Positions 10,591 to 20,644 of a stretch of 29,768 nt of DNA are shown here, in pieces. The position numbers were made by a program, and so were the translations under genes. How positions within the stretch are numbered: the stretch's first letter is position 1; each line of letters starts with the position of its first letter. The notes under the pieces were generated by a model. The model was given only the letters and a program-made list of their open reading frames with translations, made no database searches and was not told where the DNA came from. The stretch spans positions 1 to 29,768 of the forward strand of contig JADGIF010000040.1 of the NCBI GenBank assembly GCA_018985225.1. The letters run 5' to 3'. This stretch comes from Amoeboradix gromovi X-113. Lineage: Eukaryota > Fungi > Sanchytriomycota.

Positions 10591-11601
10591 ATGCTGCCGA
10601 TATGGGTGTTAGTGGCGTTTTCAGCTTACTTTTGGATAGGATATTCGATAATGGTATTAAATATTAAGAGCATAGTAATATCTAGTAGAATGCCATACCT
10701 GCTATTTACTGAGCAATTTTGTATTTTTTTGATAGTTTTGTTGTTAACATTCAAAACACCATGCCTAATCGAAGTAGCTCTTATTCTTATATGCTTTACA
10801 TCTACCCTGATACGGACATCTTATGTTTACGAGTATTTATCGGATGGAACTGGAATTGTCTCAAAATTAAATAAACTGATATGGAACAAAGATCATCGTA
10901 TCAAGAAACCTCACACTTGCATGTTTGCGTTTATAGTTGTGGGAATCTCACTAATACTTGGTCTTGTTTATGCAATTAGAAATGATAAACTATTCTCAAC
11001 TTGCGAGGGGTATCCGTGGTATGCTGGTTCATTAGCATTGGTACTCTTATGGCTCTTTGATCTACTATATGTGACATTCATTTGCATTCGGGGATTAAAG
11101 GATAAGATCGGTATGAAGGTGGAGATATTCGGGAGAATGTTTTCCACTGTATGCTATACAATAGGTTCGAATGTTTACAAGGCCAGCCATGAGATAGACA
11201 GTTCATTATCTACATACATAGTATGCATTAATCTGATATTCTGGGGTACCTACGTGCCTTTGATTTTTTTGTTCAGACATTTTTTAAGAACTCGCAATAT
11301 TCACTTGAATGGTTCACAATACAGTTTCCAGCAAATAGACTACATAAGCAGACAGTTCTATTGTAGTGAGAATGTTTTGTTTTTAAAAAGATATGATGAG
11401 TTTATATTGTGTAACGACGAAACTTTATTAAAAAACTTGGTTAGCGATTTTGTAGTAATAGGATCACCTTACCAATTAAATATAAATCAAGACACTAGAG
11501 ATAAAGTAATCAAAGATCCAAGCCAAATGGTCATAATTTATGAACAGGTAGTTCTTTTAATAAATGACAACATACTACCGTATATACAGTTGATGGCCTA
11601 G
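10591..11601 (+). CDS. Multi-pass membrane protein with C-terminal RGS domain (7TM-RGS), paralog 2
   Basis: Shares VISxRxPYLL, DKIGMKxEI, NxIFWGTxxP, YCSENxxFL and QLNxNQxxR with 8054-9067; ATG 10591 inferred. Confidence 0.8.
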   Translation: MLPIWVLVAFSAYFWIGYSIMVLNIKSIVISSRMPYLLFTEQFCIFLIVLLLTFKTPCLIEVALILICFTSTLIRTSYVYEYLSDGTGIVSKLNKLIWNKDHRIKKPHTCMFAFIVVGISLILGLVYAIRNDKLFSTCEGYPWYAGSLALVLLWLFDLLYVTFICIRGLKDKIGMKVEIFGRMFSTVCYTIGSNVYKASHEIDSSLSTYIVCINLIFWGTYVPLIFLFRHFLRTRNIHLNGSQYSFQQIDYISRQFYCSENVLFLKRYDEFILCNDETLLKNLVSDFVVIGSPYQLNINQDTRDKVIKDPSQMVIIYEQVVLLINDNILPYIQLMA

Positions 11602-11633
11602 AGCAACCAAGATAAAATAAATGATTAATTTAC

Positions 11634-12506
11634 TTAAAATATATTAAAATTTCCAATATCTTGAGTAGGGTCCTCAACATTAACAGACTGTCCAAACAAG
11701 CTGGAAATAAGCATATCAATATTCTCCTCCTCCCAGAGGCCTTTGTATCTCTTGATGCAAGGAACAAATCCTTTGATCTTTTCGTGCACTTTGGTAGTAT
11801 TCAATGTCTTAGCTTTGGAGCCTTTGTGATCAACCTCTCTGGTGTGTATCTTGATGGATTGCTTGAACTTCTTGATCTGAGCTTGTGCATCGGGACTATC
11901 AGACTTGGTTTCCAAATATTCTTTTAGTAAAATGGAGTAGAAATCACAATCATCAAAATTAGACTCGTGTTCCGTTTTAGATATACGATTCAGCTTGGTC
12001 TTTTTCACTAGTCTTTCCATGTCTTTATCTAGTATATTAACTATTTGCTCAGACACAGGTTGCATACCTTTCAATTTTGTATCTTGCTGGCTTTCATCTA
12101 ATAACTTGTTGTATAAAGAGTCCAAATCATCCGTAGATTTGAACTCACATTTATTAAGAAGACTGTAGTACGACTGTAGCTGGCTTTGTAGATCAGATTC
12201 TTGAAATTCGATCACAGGCATATCTTCAAGGTTATTGAAATGCTGCATTTTCTTTTGAAGTTTGATGCGATCTGACAGCAAAGTGTTATACAACTTCTGC
12301 TGCTCCATAACTGCTCTACCAACTTCCATCTCAGATACTTGAGATTCTAAATTATCCTCCTCAATACTTATATCATCCGAGTGCAAACTAATCTCTAAAT
12401 CTAGATCCGAAATCTCCTCGCTCGATGAATGGCTTTCATTGTTGTTATTTTCGCTTAGTTCTGATTGATTAATAGATTCAAAAGGATTGTCATATTGAAC
12501 TTGCAT
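11634..12506 (-). CDS. BFR2: Bfr2/AATF SSU processome factor
   Basis: Acidic N-terminus; [21 protein letters not shown]; C-terminal motifs [22 protein letters not shown]...VHEKI and LFG. ATG 12506 preferred because the upstream GTG extension overlaps NOP10. Confidence 0.85.
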   Translation of the reverse strand: MQVQYDNPFESINQSELSENNNNESHSSSEEISDLDLEISLHSDDISIEEDNLESQVSEMEVGRAVMEQQKLYNTLLSDRIKLQKKMQHFNNLEDMPVIEFQESDLQSQLQSYYSLLNKCEFKSTDDLDSLYNKLLDESQQDTKLKGMQPVSEQIVNILDKDMERLVKKTKLNRISKTEHESNFDDCDFYSILLKEYLETKSDSPDAQAQIKKFKQSIKIHTREVDHKGSKAKTLNTTKVHEKIKGFVPCIKRYKGLWEEENIDMLISSLFGQSVNVEDPTQDIGNFNIF

Positions 12507-12542
12507 CCTTTGTTTTTGAAAAATCACCCTTTCAAAACAGAA

Positions 12543-12728
12543 ATGACCCTCTCTCTTCACTACTACATGAAAGATGGTAAACGTGTTTACACTTTAAATG
12601 AGGCTACCAATGGAGAAATGAACCAGAGTGCGCATCCAGCAAAATTTTCCCCAGATGATAAATTTAGCAAGTATCGGGTCGGATTTAAGCAACGTCACAA
12701 TCTTTTGATATTTAGTAAATCTTCTTGA
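12543..12728 (+). CDS. NOP10: H/ACA snoRNP subunit Nop10
   Basis: GKRVYTL...[17 protein letters not shown] signature; 61 aa from ATG 12543. Confidence 0.93.
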   Translation: MTLSLHYYMKDGKRVYTLNEATNGEMNQSAHPAKFSPDDKFSKYRVGFKQRHNLLIFSKSS

Positions 12729-12844
12729 ACATTAAGCAATATGTGCGTTAATTTTTTCTTAAAGAGTACACTTTTAACAAATTTGTGCATTAACACAGAT
12801 GTCAGTACCACTAGACGATAGTAGGCAATCAAAGCTCAATCTTT

Positions 12845-13119
12845 CAAGTGGGACACCAAGTATAAAAACTAGATAAAGTCATTTTAAAGGAAGTGCTCCA
12901 CAAGGAGGAAATACTATTATCAATAAAAGTCCTTCTTTCAAACCAATTTTCTTTCATTAATGTCATTCCCCTCTTTAAAATATTCGAGGTCTCTGAGTGT
13001 CTAAGCAAAAGGTGCAACCAATAAGATTAATTTAATTTACTATCGGTTAATACACACTTGATATAATGATTCAAACTATTTGAGAAAGTTAGCCTAGTTT
13101 ATATTTGATATCCCAAATG
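12845..13119 (-). mobile_element. Family T copy T2 (MITE-like, 275 bp)
   Basis: TIRs CAAGTGGGACACCAAGTATAAAAACTAG and CTAGTTTATATTTGATATCCCAAATG; retains CTFCLDTQRP remnant; left arm matches 25405-25495. Confidence 0.85.
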
Positions 13120-13631
13120 TTTGGATTATGTTTTTTAGTTCCTCAGATCCACACACGTCGGAGCTACAAGATCCGGCTTTCGCAACAGGATAGAAATGTG
13201 CAATACGGCCAAATGAAGTTACTATGAAAAGTAGACTGGGTAAAAATTGATGATAATACCATAAAGTTCCAAGGTTATCCGTTGCACCGACTGTGTTGCA
13301 GTTAGGAACAGAATTTTAAATGCGTATTACAACAGTCTTCAAATTGCAGGAAGTACAACGAGAAATGATATTAGTCCTGAATGGTAGAGAAGTTTGCATG
13401 AAAATGTTGTGAAGCAGAGTATAGATAGTAAAATATGAGGCGCTTCTCGACTTAACTGGCTTTACCATGAGGTATTTGGACAAGAGTTTTGTATCATTTG
13501 TTACAAAGTATGATTTCAGCTTTTTTTGAGCATAGAGTCTACTCACTAACAAGAGATTTGTATTCGGCGGCATCAAAAAATTTATCAGCAACAATATGCG
13601 GAGTAAGTTGTAATATCATATCTTATAAAAT

Positions 13632-15842
13632 TTATTTGTTGTTTATATCCACCACATGAATATGGTCCATCTTAATTTCTTTTCCAACCTTTATATTCAA
13701 AATATAGATGCTAAATAGCGACTTTAATTCATCCCCAACGTCTAGCTCAACTCTAAATCTCTTTCCGTCCCATTTACCTACATTTTTACTCTTGTAGGAG
13801 CTTATTTTGTAATCTTTCCTATCTTTGTCGTCTACACTGCAATCTTTAGCATATTCTAATTGAATATCAAATTCTAATTCGCTATCCTCGCATTCTAGTT
13901 CAATCTCTATACCTGGTTGTTTGTAGTCCACAAATGACTCTGTTAAGCACGGTGCTCCTACGTTTGTGTACCAATATGTCTGATTTGTTGCTTCTAAACT
14001 CAATGTGCCATTTTCTAGCCTGGCTGATTGACTTGTTGAATCGCAACCCATTCTGTATCCTCGAACATTCTTGTTTGGATCTCCGCCTGTAAAGTCATTC
14101 AAAACAAAGTAGGACTTATTAGCGTAGTGGTGGTGGTCATGGTAGTACTCGTCGCCGTGCTCATTAATCTTTGGCGCAGTAGTGTTACATGGCAACGTAT
14201 CATTTGTTGGCGTAGTGGTGTTGTTTGGCGTCGTGGTGTTGGTTGGTGCTCTCCATGTTAGTGGCGTTGTGTATGATGTCCAGTTTGCAGGTCTCCAAGT
14301 ACTTGCGTTGGATGGAGGTGTCCAAGTAGTTGCGTTGGATGGAGGTGTCCAACTAGTTGCGTTGGATGGAGGTGTCCAACTAGTTGCGTTGGATGGAGGT
14401 GTCCAACTAGTTACGTTGGATGGAGGTGTCCAAGGTGTAATAGGAGCCTCATCGCACTTATACAAGCTAACTTTGGTTAGTGTGATATGTCCATCAATAT
14501 TGAATCTGCTGAGTTTAATACCAGTCAACTCGCTAACATTATAAGCTTGTAGATCCACTAGCAAAGTTCTGCTCTTAACGGATTCAACTACAATTCTACT
14601 AAACCTACTTTTGATCCATTTATCGCCAGATTCAATCTTAATTGTAAATGCTAAACCAGCATCAGCAGAATATTCAATAACAGCATATTTATAAATGTCA
14701 AGGTTAATTGGGGATAGCTTTGGCACTGACCACGCTAGGGAGGATTTACTAGTAACATTGCATGATCCATTGTTATATGTCATAGACTCCAATGATCGGT
14801 TAAATCTGTCACCTTTATAAGTAGTAAAATCATCAATCAGTGTACTGTTACACTGATCCAATACATCAATGCGCTGTTTGTAGTGGGTCCATTTTGATTT
14901 AGGTGCCGGAGGAGACCAAGCAGGGTAAATCGAAACATTAGATGGGCTACCGGTCCAAGCAGGGTAGATTGCACTGTTGTTAGCAGGAGGAGACCAAGCA
15001 GGGTAAATGGCGCTACCGTTTGTCGTGCTGTTGATGTACTCATTGCAGGGTTCACCATGCCCGTGCTTGTGACCATAATGAATATCAGTAACATTGCTAG
15101 TAGTTTTGGTGGGTGTAGGTTTCCAAGCAGGATAGATTGCACTACCATTGCCAGTGCTGTTGGTTATATTGCTGTTAATATACTCATCGCAAGGCTCGCC
15201 ATGTCCGTGTTTATGTCCATAATGAATATGTAGAGGACCTGTAGAGTTATCTGTCGAATGTGATGATAAACCCACAGTATAATCTGAAGCATCATCTGTA
15301 GAAGGCATAGGACAGTCGATGAAAGAGAACTTGTCCACAGAATATTCATCAACACTAGATTCATCAATAATAAAAGACAAGATGTCAGTTTCTAACTTGA
15401 CTAGGAAGCCTTCGGTGTATTTACCAGAAGGAGTAGTCCATTCATTGCCAGTTTTGGAGATACTATGGGAAAACTTGTTGTTTTTACAATCAGTTGTAGT
15501 GACTGTAAAAGAACAATCTGAAGGGACCTGAATGTTTAACCAGATATACTTGTGATTAGTCTGGCATGAATCGAAAACAGTTTGTAAATTAGCATTCTTG
15601 CAATCCTTCACGTGAAGGGATTTATCACGGTGGTCAATTGTTAAGTTATTTGGGACAATGACTCCATTGTCAAAATGACTGTAATCTGTAGAATTAGATT
15701 TGAAGTCTTGGATCGACGATTGACAATGTGAATGAAGAGCGTGCCAGTTTGTCATGAGTTTGCAAAGGGGATAGTGGGAAAATCGGTTTTGCAAATCATG
15801 ATCAGTGCATTGGGGTAAAGCGTATGGAGTGAACCTAGACAT
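13632..15842 (-). CDS. Cys/Thr/Asn/His-rich modular repeat protein, probably extracellular; function unknown
   Basis: 736-aa ORF; repeats IHYGHKHGHGEPCxEYINS x2, IYPAW x4 and WTPPSN(A/V)(T/S) x5; many N-x-S/T sequons; no clear signal peptide at the annotated start. Confidence 0.75.
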   Translation of the reverse strand: MSRFTPYALPQCTDHDLQNRFSHYPLCKLMTNWHALHSHCQSSIQDFKSNSTDYSHFDNGVIVPNNLTIDHRDKSLHVKDCKNANLQTVFDSCQTNHKYIWLNIQVPSDCSFTVTTTDCKNNKFSHSISKTGNEWTTPSGKYTEGFLVKLETDILSFIIDESSVDEYSVDKFSFIDCPMPSTDDASDYTVGLSSHSTDNSTGPLHIHYGHKHGHGEPCDEYINSNITNSTGNGSAIYPAWKPTPTKTTSNVTDIHYGHKHGHGEPCNEYINSTTNGSAIYPAWSPPANNSAIYPAWTGSPSNVSIYPAWSPPAPKSKWTHYKQRIDVLDQCNSTLIDDFTTYKGDRFNRSLESMTYNNGSCNVTSKSSLAWSVPKLSPINLDIYKYAVIEYSADAGLAFTIKIESGDKWIKSRFSRIVVESVKSRTLLVDLQAYNVSELTGIKLSRFNIDGHITLTKVSLYKCDEAPITPWTPPSNVTSWTPPSNATSWTPPSNATSWTPPSNATTWTPPSNASTWRPANWTSYTTPLTWRAPTNTTTPNNTTTPTNDTLPCNTTAPKINEHGDEYYHDHHHYANKSYFVLNDFTGGDPNKNVRGYRMGCDSTSQSARLENGTLSLEATNQTYWYTNVGAPCLTESFVDYKQPGIEIELECEDSELEFDIQLEYAKDCSVDDKDRKDYKISSYKSKNVGKWDGKRFRVELDVGDELKSLFSIYILNIKVGKEIKMDHIHVVDINNK
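14295..14432. repeat. Five tandem 27-bp coding repeats (CCAACTAGTTGCGTTGGATGGAGGTGT)
   Basis: Directly visible; encode WTPPSNATS on the minus strand; no spacers. Confidence 0.95.
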
Positions 15843-16386
15843 GTGGTTGGAGTAAAATGAATAGGGGTAATAGATAACAATTAGATCCGTGCTTAGTGGA
15901 ATGAGTTAAACATTCACTATCAAAAGCTCATCTTTCAAGACTACATTTCTCACACAATAGTGATAATAGTTTGAATGGCAATTTTGCCTATCCGCGTGTC
16001 ATAATTTCTATCTACCTTTTAACACATTACTGATATCATAACTAGCATTTTAATTGCAATCAATACAGTGGAGCATATTTAATTTTGTACGCAAAAATGC
16101 TGGTTTTCTATCATTTTTGCAGCTCCAGTAGATTATCAACTTTTTCCTTCTAAAAATTCTTGCATTTGCATCTCATTACCTTAAAAGTTGTTTAGACATT
16201 AGTTGGTGAAGGTCACAAGCACAATTGGATAGCCGCTACTAAATATTTTGGGTTGATTTGCCCAGCTACTATCGGGGTACTGATAAAAATAGTGTGTTGG
16301 TCTTCTCTTTCGCTAGTGGTCATCAAAACAAACAGCTTGTTTATAATTAGCGGCTATATCGAAGCACATCGGCTCCAAATACATAA

Positions 16387-16530
16387 CCCGTCGTTAAAAA
16401 TCTTCATTTATGAGAAAACCAGTCGCTCTCTTACATTTGTCGCTCACGCTTTCGCTGACTGAGACTGGATTGTAAAGGTGCACATACACTTCAAGTCTAT
16501 GTTCCTTGCTGCCAAATGGTTTCTGTATGC
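16387..16530 (-). mobile_element. Divergent Family I-related copy I3
   Basis: Minus strand reads AYRNHLAARNIDLK, then AATCCAGTCTCAG..AGCGAAAGCGTGAGCGA and end TTTTTAACGACGGG; may extend to ~16680. Confidence 0.65.
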
Positions 16531-16686
16531 TTCCAAAGTATTTAATATTTCTGGTGCTTGAAATCCTTAAACACAGCACGATAAGTCTTTAACTTGGCTT
16601 TCTTTGCCTACTTGATATGACTCGTATTTGAGAGAGAATCTCTTTTGAGAAAATTGAGAAAAGACAAAACATTTTTAAATGTATAA

Positions 16687-17181
16687 CAAATTGGGACACC
16701 AAATATAAAAACTAGACTAACCCGTTTTTAAAGGTGCACCATACGCAGGAAATGCTATCTTTAATAAAAGATCTTCTATTATACCAATTTTCTTTCATTA
16801 ATTTCAATCCCCTCTTCAAAATAAAACTAGAAGACCCTGCATCTCGTTCAAATATATGAGGTCTTTGAGCATCTGAGCAAAAGGTGCATTTTATTAGACG
16901 GTACTCTTTTCTAGAGTCATTTTGTAATGCTATACTAACATCATTACTCTTGTCTATTTCTTTGAAGTGTAATAGTGATATTTTATTTGACATAAAGATT
17001 GGATGAAAGAGTAAGAGAATAGCTTTACAGAATATTTACTTATTTTCCTTTTATACTCGTCAACTCCGCAACTAGCTCAATGTCCACTCGCCTCTTAAAT
17101 CCATAAAATCAATAAAGCTAAAATAATGTTCCAAGTTATTACAGAAAGTTAGTCCCGTTTTTATATTGGATGTCCCAAATG
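16687..17181 (-). mobile_element. Family T copy T3 (495 bp) carrying a Fanzor1-like C-terminal remnant
   Basis: TIRs TGGGACACCAAATATAAAAACTAGACTAAC and GTTAGTCCCGTTTTTATATTGGATGTCCCA. Confidence 0.88.
16712..16993 (-). pseudogene. Fanzor1-like C-terminal fragment
   Basis: YRLIKCTFCSDAQRPHIFERDAGSSSFILKRG resembles the Fanzor1 xxLxCxxC...(W/F)xRDxNAxxNI pattern and sits next to the element's right end. Confidence 0.55.
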
Positions 17182-17399
17182 TTTAGCAATCTCTTTCCTG
17201 GTGTTAATAGATATCCGATAGGTCTTGAGGAATAACCTGTTCTTCATATCTAAGATATTTCTTTAGATTTAACGTATTGAAGATGAGAAGACTCGGATTC
17301 ATTGTCCATTGATGACAAGAAAGTATGACGAATTTTATGCAGTCGCCAAAGTTTAAAAAGAGAGTATATTGAAGAGATATAGCTCATGTTATCACGACA

Positions 17400-17870
17400 A
17401 ATGCTTATTTCAGTTAATACCGATAACTGTACTCAGTATTGTACAGTTGAACATTGTGAAAGAATGTGGAATAATGAGAAACGAAATAAACTGCATGAGA
17501 GTTAATCTAGGTGATATTTACTATAGGCGAAACAAGAAACTAGTGTACGCCGTCGTTACAAAGACATTTTCGTTGCCTATTCAAGATTAAAGAACATCCA
17601 AGGGGTGCTCAGCACCATTGGAAATGTTATATCAGATTGTTTGAGAAGAGAAATTAGTCGCAACTCATTTTTGCCTAGAACATTGAAAGGAAGTGCAGAC
17701 ATTTCTCTTAACTAATTTTACCTCTGAGACATCTCGATAACCTGTTTATATGTTCTTGCAGAGTCTGTCTGCCTACAATGGAGGTTTGGCACGATCGAGT
17801 TATGATTTGCACAAATCAATACCTGTTCAATGTAATAGGGTCAGTTTCTGATTGAATGTCTCATCGACTA
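17400..17870 (+). pseudogene. Possible decayed Ty3/gypsy integrase fragment
   Basis: Frameshifted peptides in integrase order: TDNCTQY, CERM, KGCSAPLEMLY..RREI, LYVL....QWRFGTI..NQYLF. Confidence 0.3.
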
Positions 17871-18852
17871 GTCTTAGAATTTCCTATAAATTATGTCTAC
17901 ACCCATGCCAACTTCAAGTCTTTGATTTAAATGAATTGACCATTTATCGCGATTACATGAATTTTATGATTCTAGTGTTCTTCTATAGTTTTTCATCGAA
18001 AAAGACAGGTTAATCTGTTTTTATCGTTTATAATAAGTATCTCAGCCAGAACATGACAAACTTCAAAGCATCAAAAACTTCTCGAAGTTAAGAAAGAGAT
18101 TCTCTACCATTTACACAATGAGACAATGATGGAATTTAATAAAGCATTTACTAGTCAAACTTACACAAAATTAAACTCTGGAAAAAATCTATTTGGAGAA
18201 TTGAGCATGAAAACTGTTATTTTGAAGTAGATGGAGAATTTGTATTTCAAATGCATGCATACTTGCTCAGTCCCCCTTAGGTTGCAGATATATCAACTGC
18301 TGGTGTAACAGATCGTAAGTTATTGCCAGCTTGTCTCGGAAATTCTTGATTTTCCAGGAAACCAGGACTTTAGCGAGAAGTGATTGGCCTCTTTGTAATT
18401 TTTCAATTTAAAAACTTTGTCTATCCAGACCCCCTCGAAATAAAATGTCGTCAAAACCTTCGAATAAAAAGTTTTATGCGAATCCAGAATTCCAAAATGC
18501 ACCAAATCCAAACGATCTTCCTATTCCTATTCTTCCAGTCACACCAAATAAGAAAGATAAGACTGAAGAGTTAAAAGCGATGCTGAAGTTATAATATCAC
18601 GTTATTCAGAAACTAACTATAATAAATTTATTCTCAACATCATAAGTCACTCAACGTTTCTATCCGTCGTTAAAAATGGTCAACTTGAATTTTTACAAGA
18701 TTTGTCCTTAAATAATCTCATTTGACTGTGTGCCATAGAAATATATAATCTTTCGACCTCTGCAGCAAATTCCTATAATATTACATTGCACATGCCTTAT
18801 ATTAATCACAATTAAGATATGCTCCTTCTAACGTAATAAATTTTGAGTTTGA

Positions 18853-19233
18853 ATGTCTGGACATGTCCGATTCAACGAAGAGAATCTGGAATTTAATAAA
18901 CAATTTCAAGGCAACCCCAAAATCGAGGAGCCGAAAACACCATTTATAAGGTATAGCATTGACAAGGATATGCTGTTAAACAAAGAAGGAATCCCTACTC
19001 TAAATTTAGAAGAAGCAGTTAGCAGTCCCAATCTCCCTGTGCCTCAAATGCAACAAAAGGAACTAGTTGATGAAATAGTGGATGATTGGAGTGAGAGTGA
19101 CGAGGACGAAGAGTTTGAGGAAGAAGATGAAGAATTTGTAGATCATAGAAAGCAGCATTATCGCAGCGAAGGTGAAGCTTTGAAGAGGGCTAAAGAGCTT
19201 TTGAAAAAGGAAGAACTTGAGGGTGATGAGTAA
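18853..19233 (+). CDS. GLC8: Protein phosphatase 1 inhibitor-2 (Glc8/IPP-2)
   Basis: VRFNEENL, KIEEPKTPF, acidic tract and FVDHRKQHY. Confidence 0.85.
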   Translation: MSGHVRFNEENLEFNKQFQGNPKIEEPKTPFIRYSIDKDMLLNKEGIPTLNLEEAVSSPNLPVPQMQQKELVDEIVDDWSESDEDEEFEEEDEEFVDHRKQHYRSEGEALKRAKELLKKEELEGDE

Positions 19234-19258
19234 AATTTATACTTTTTATTTTTATCAT

Positions 19259-20614
19259 TTAAACATTAACTTCTGTCGAATCCTGTCGAAGCAACTCCCT
19301 TCTTGTAGTCTGATATGCTGTTAATTGATGTTGCTCCGGTAAGGGTGACAATTTAATCCAGACTAAAGAAATCAATGAGATTGTAGCCATTAAATACATG
19401 GTGTATTCAGATAACAAAATATCAAAGAACAGTACACAAACAGCGCCAAGCCATGCACATGCTAGTGAAAGTGCAATTGATCTTGATTTCGCTTGTTCTT
19501 CAAATATTTGCATTACGGTCGAAAGGGATATAACTAGCCAGATATTAACTATACCAGAACATAGGCATAGGATAACAATAGATGCGACTACACTACTTTT
19601 TACATTCACTATGCATAGTACTACTGACAAAATGAATAAACAACCTGCAGAGATCAACATGGAATTCTTTCTCTTGAACTTGTAAATTATAGACCTATTG
19701 AATACCGAGAATACGAAGAAGCACACAGTAAATATCAATGATACCAATATTTTGGTGTAACCATTAAAATCATTCTTAAGCAATTTTGGGCCATAAAACA
19801 AAAGAGTAGCCGGGAAACTAGTAAAGGTAAAGAACATCAAGGTTGCCGAGATAAGAGTTCTTGATCTCAGCTTAGCAGTTAAAGGGGTAATGAGAGTAGG
19901 GCTCTTCAATTTCGCATTTCTGTATGCGATTTTAGCATCACTAATCTTTGTTTGAATATCAACATGGTTGATAGGCTTACCATAAAAAGCAGACATCACA
20001 CGACTAGCCGCATCATCATTGCCTTCTCTGATAAAGAACCAAGGCCCCTCGGGCAGGAATAAAGTGACCCAACAAGTCCAAACTATGCATAAGCCAATAC
20101 CAATATAGTACGGAATTCTAAACGATCTACTAAATACGTTCTCATCATAGGCAAGTAATGCAACAAAACTAGCCAATGCGCAGCCGCCTGCAAATCCGCT
20201 GATCAGAAATGACGAGTAACCCAAAATATTTTGAGTAGGTACTGCAAAACTTACAAACACACAATACTTTGTTAAAAGCATACCAATTGTTATTCCGAAT
20301 GCAATTCTGTCTATGACTATAATTTCTGGTGCGAACGCAAACGGCATAACAACACAGCACAAAATTGAAAGAAAAGCACCAAAGTAAACGACATGAGAAA
20401 GCTTGTATCTATCAAGGAAAGTCGGAGCAGCTAGTGTACCCAATAACATTCCAATTGGAGCAGCAACCATTCTATAGTTACCTGGGTAAAATGTTTGCAC
20501 CGCTGGGAAATGCTCTTGCAAGTTTAATGTGTACAATAAATATCCGATCCACAATCCAAATGTGGACGAAGTAACGCAAAGCGCGTGCCTCTGAGGATCT
20601 TTTACTTCTTTCAT
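19259..20614 (-). CDS. MFS transporter, sugar-porter-like
   Basis: About 12 TM segments; GMLLG...DRY, DRIAFGITIG, LPEGPWFFIREG and QIFEEQAKS motifs; ATG 20614 preferred over TTG 20641. Confidence 0.8.
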   Translation of the reverse strand: MKEVKDPQRHALCVTSSTFGLWIGYLLYTLNLQEHFPAVQTFYPGNYRMVAAPIGMLLGTLAAPTFLDRYKLSHVVYFGAFLSILCCVVMPFAFAPEIIVIDRIAFGITIGMLLTKYCVFVSFAVPTQNILGYSSFLISGFAGGCALASFVALLAYDENVFSRSFRIPYYIGIGLCIVWTCWVTLFLPEGPWFFIREGNDDAASRVMSAFYGKPINHVDIQTKISDAKIAYRNAKLKSPTLITPLTAKLRSRTLISATLMFFTFTSFPATLLFYGPKLLKNDFNGYTKILVSLIFTVCFFVFSVFNRSIIYKFKRKNSMLISAGCLFILSVVLCIVNVKSSVVASIVILCLCSGIVNIWLVISLSTVMQIFEEQAKSRSIALSLACAWLGAVCVLFFDILLSEYTMYLMATISLISLVWIKLSPLPEQHQLTAYQTTRRELLRQDSTEVNV

Positions 20615-20644
20615 TTTAAGGAGAAATAATATTGTTTGCAACTT

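Noticed and set aside
13316-13594. 92-aa ORF with CTSC
   Set aside because: TTG start, a single CxxC and no following RD motif; cannot be assigned.
14295-14432. 27-bp repeats as a CRISPR array
   Set aside because: Units are contiguous with no spacers, are a multiple of 3 and lie inside a CDS.
14182-14544. Plus-strand ORF with VALDGGVQL repeats
   Set aside because: Antisense shadow of the repeat region of the 736-aa gene.
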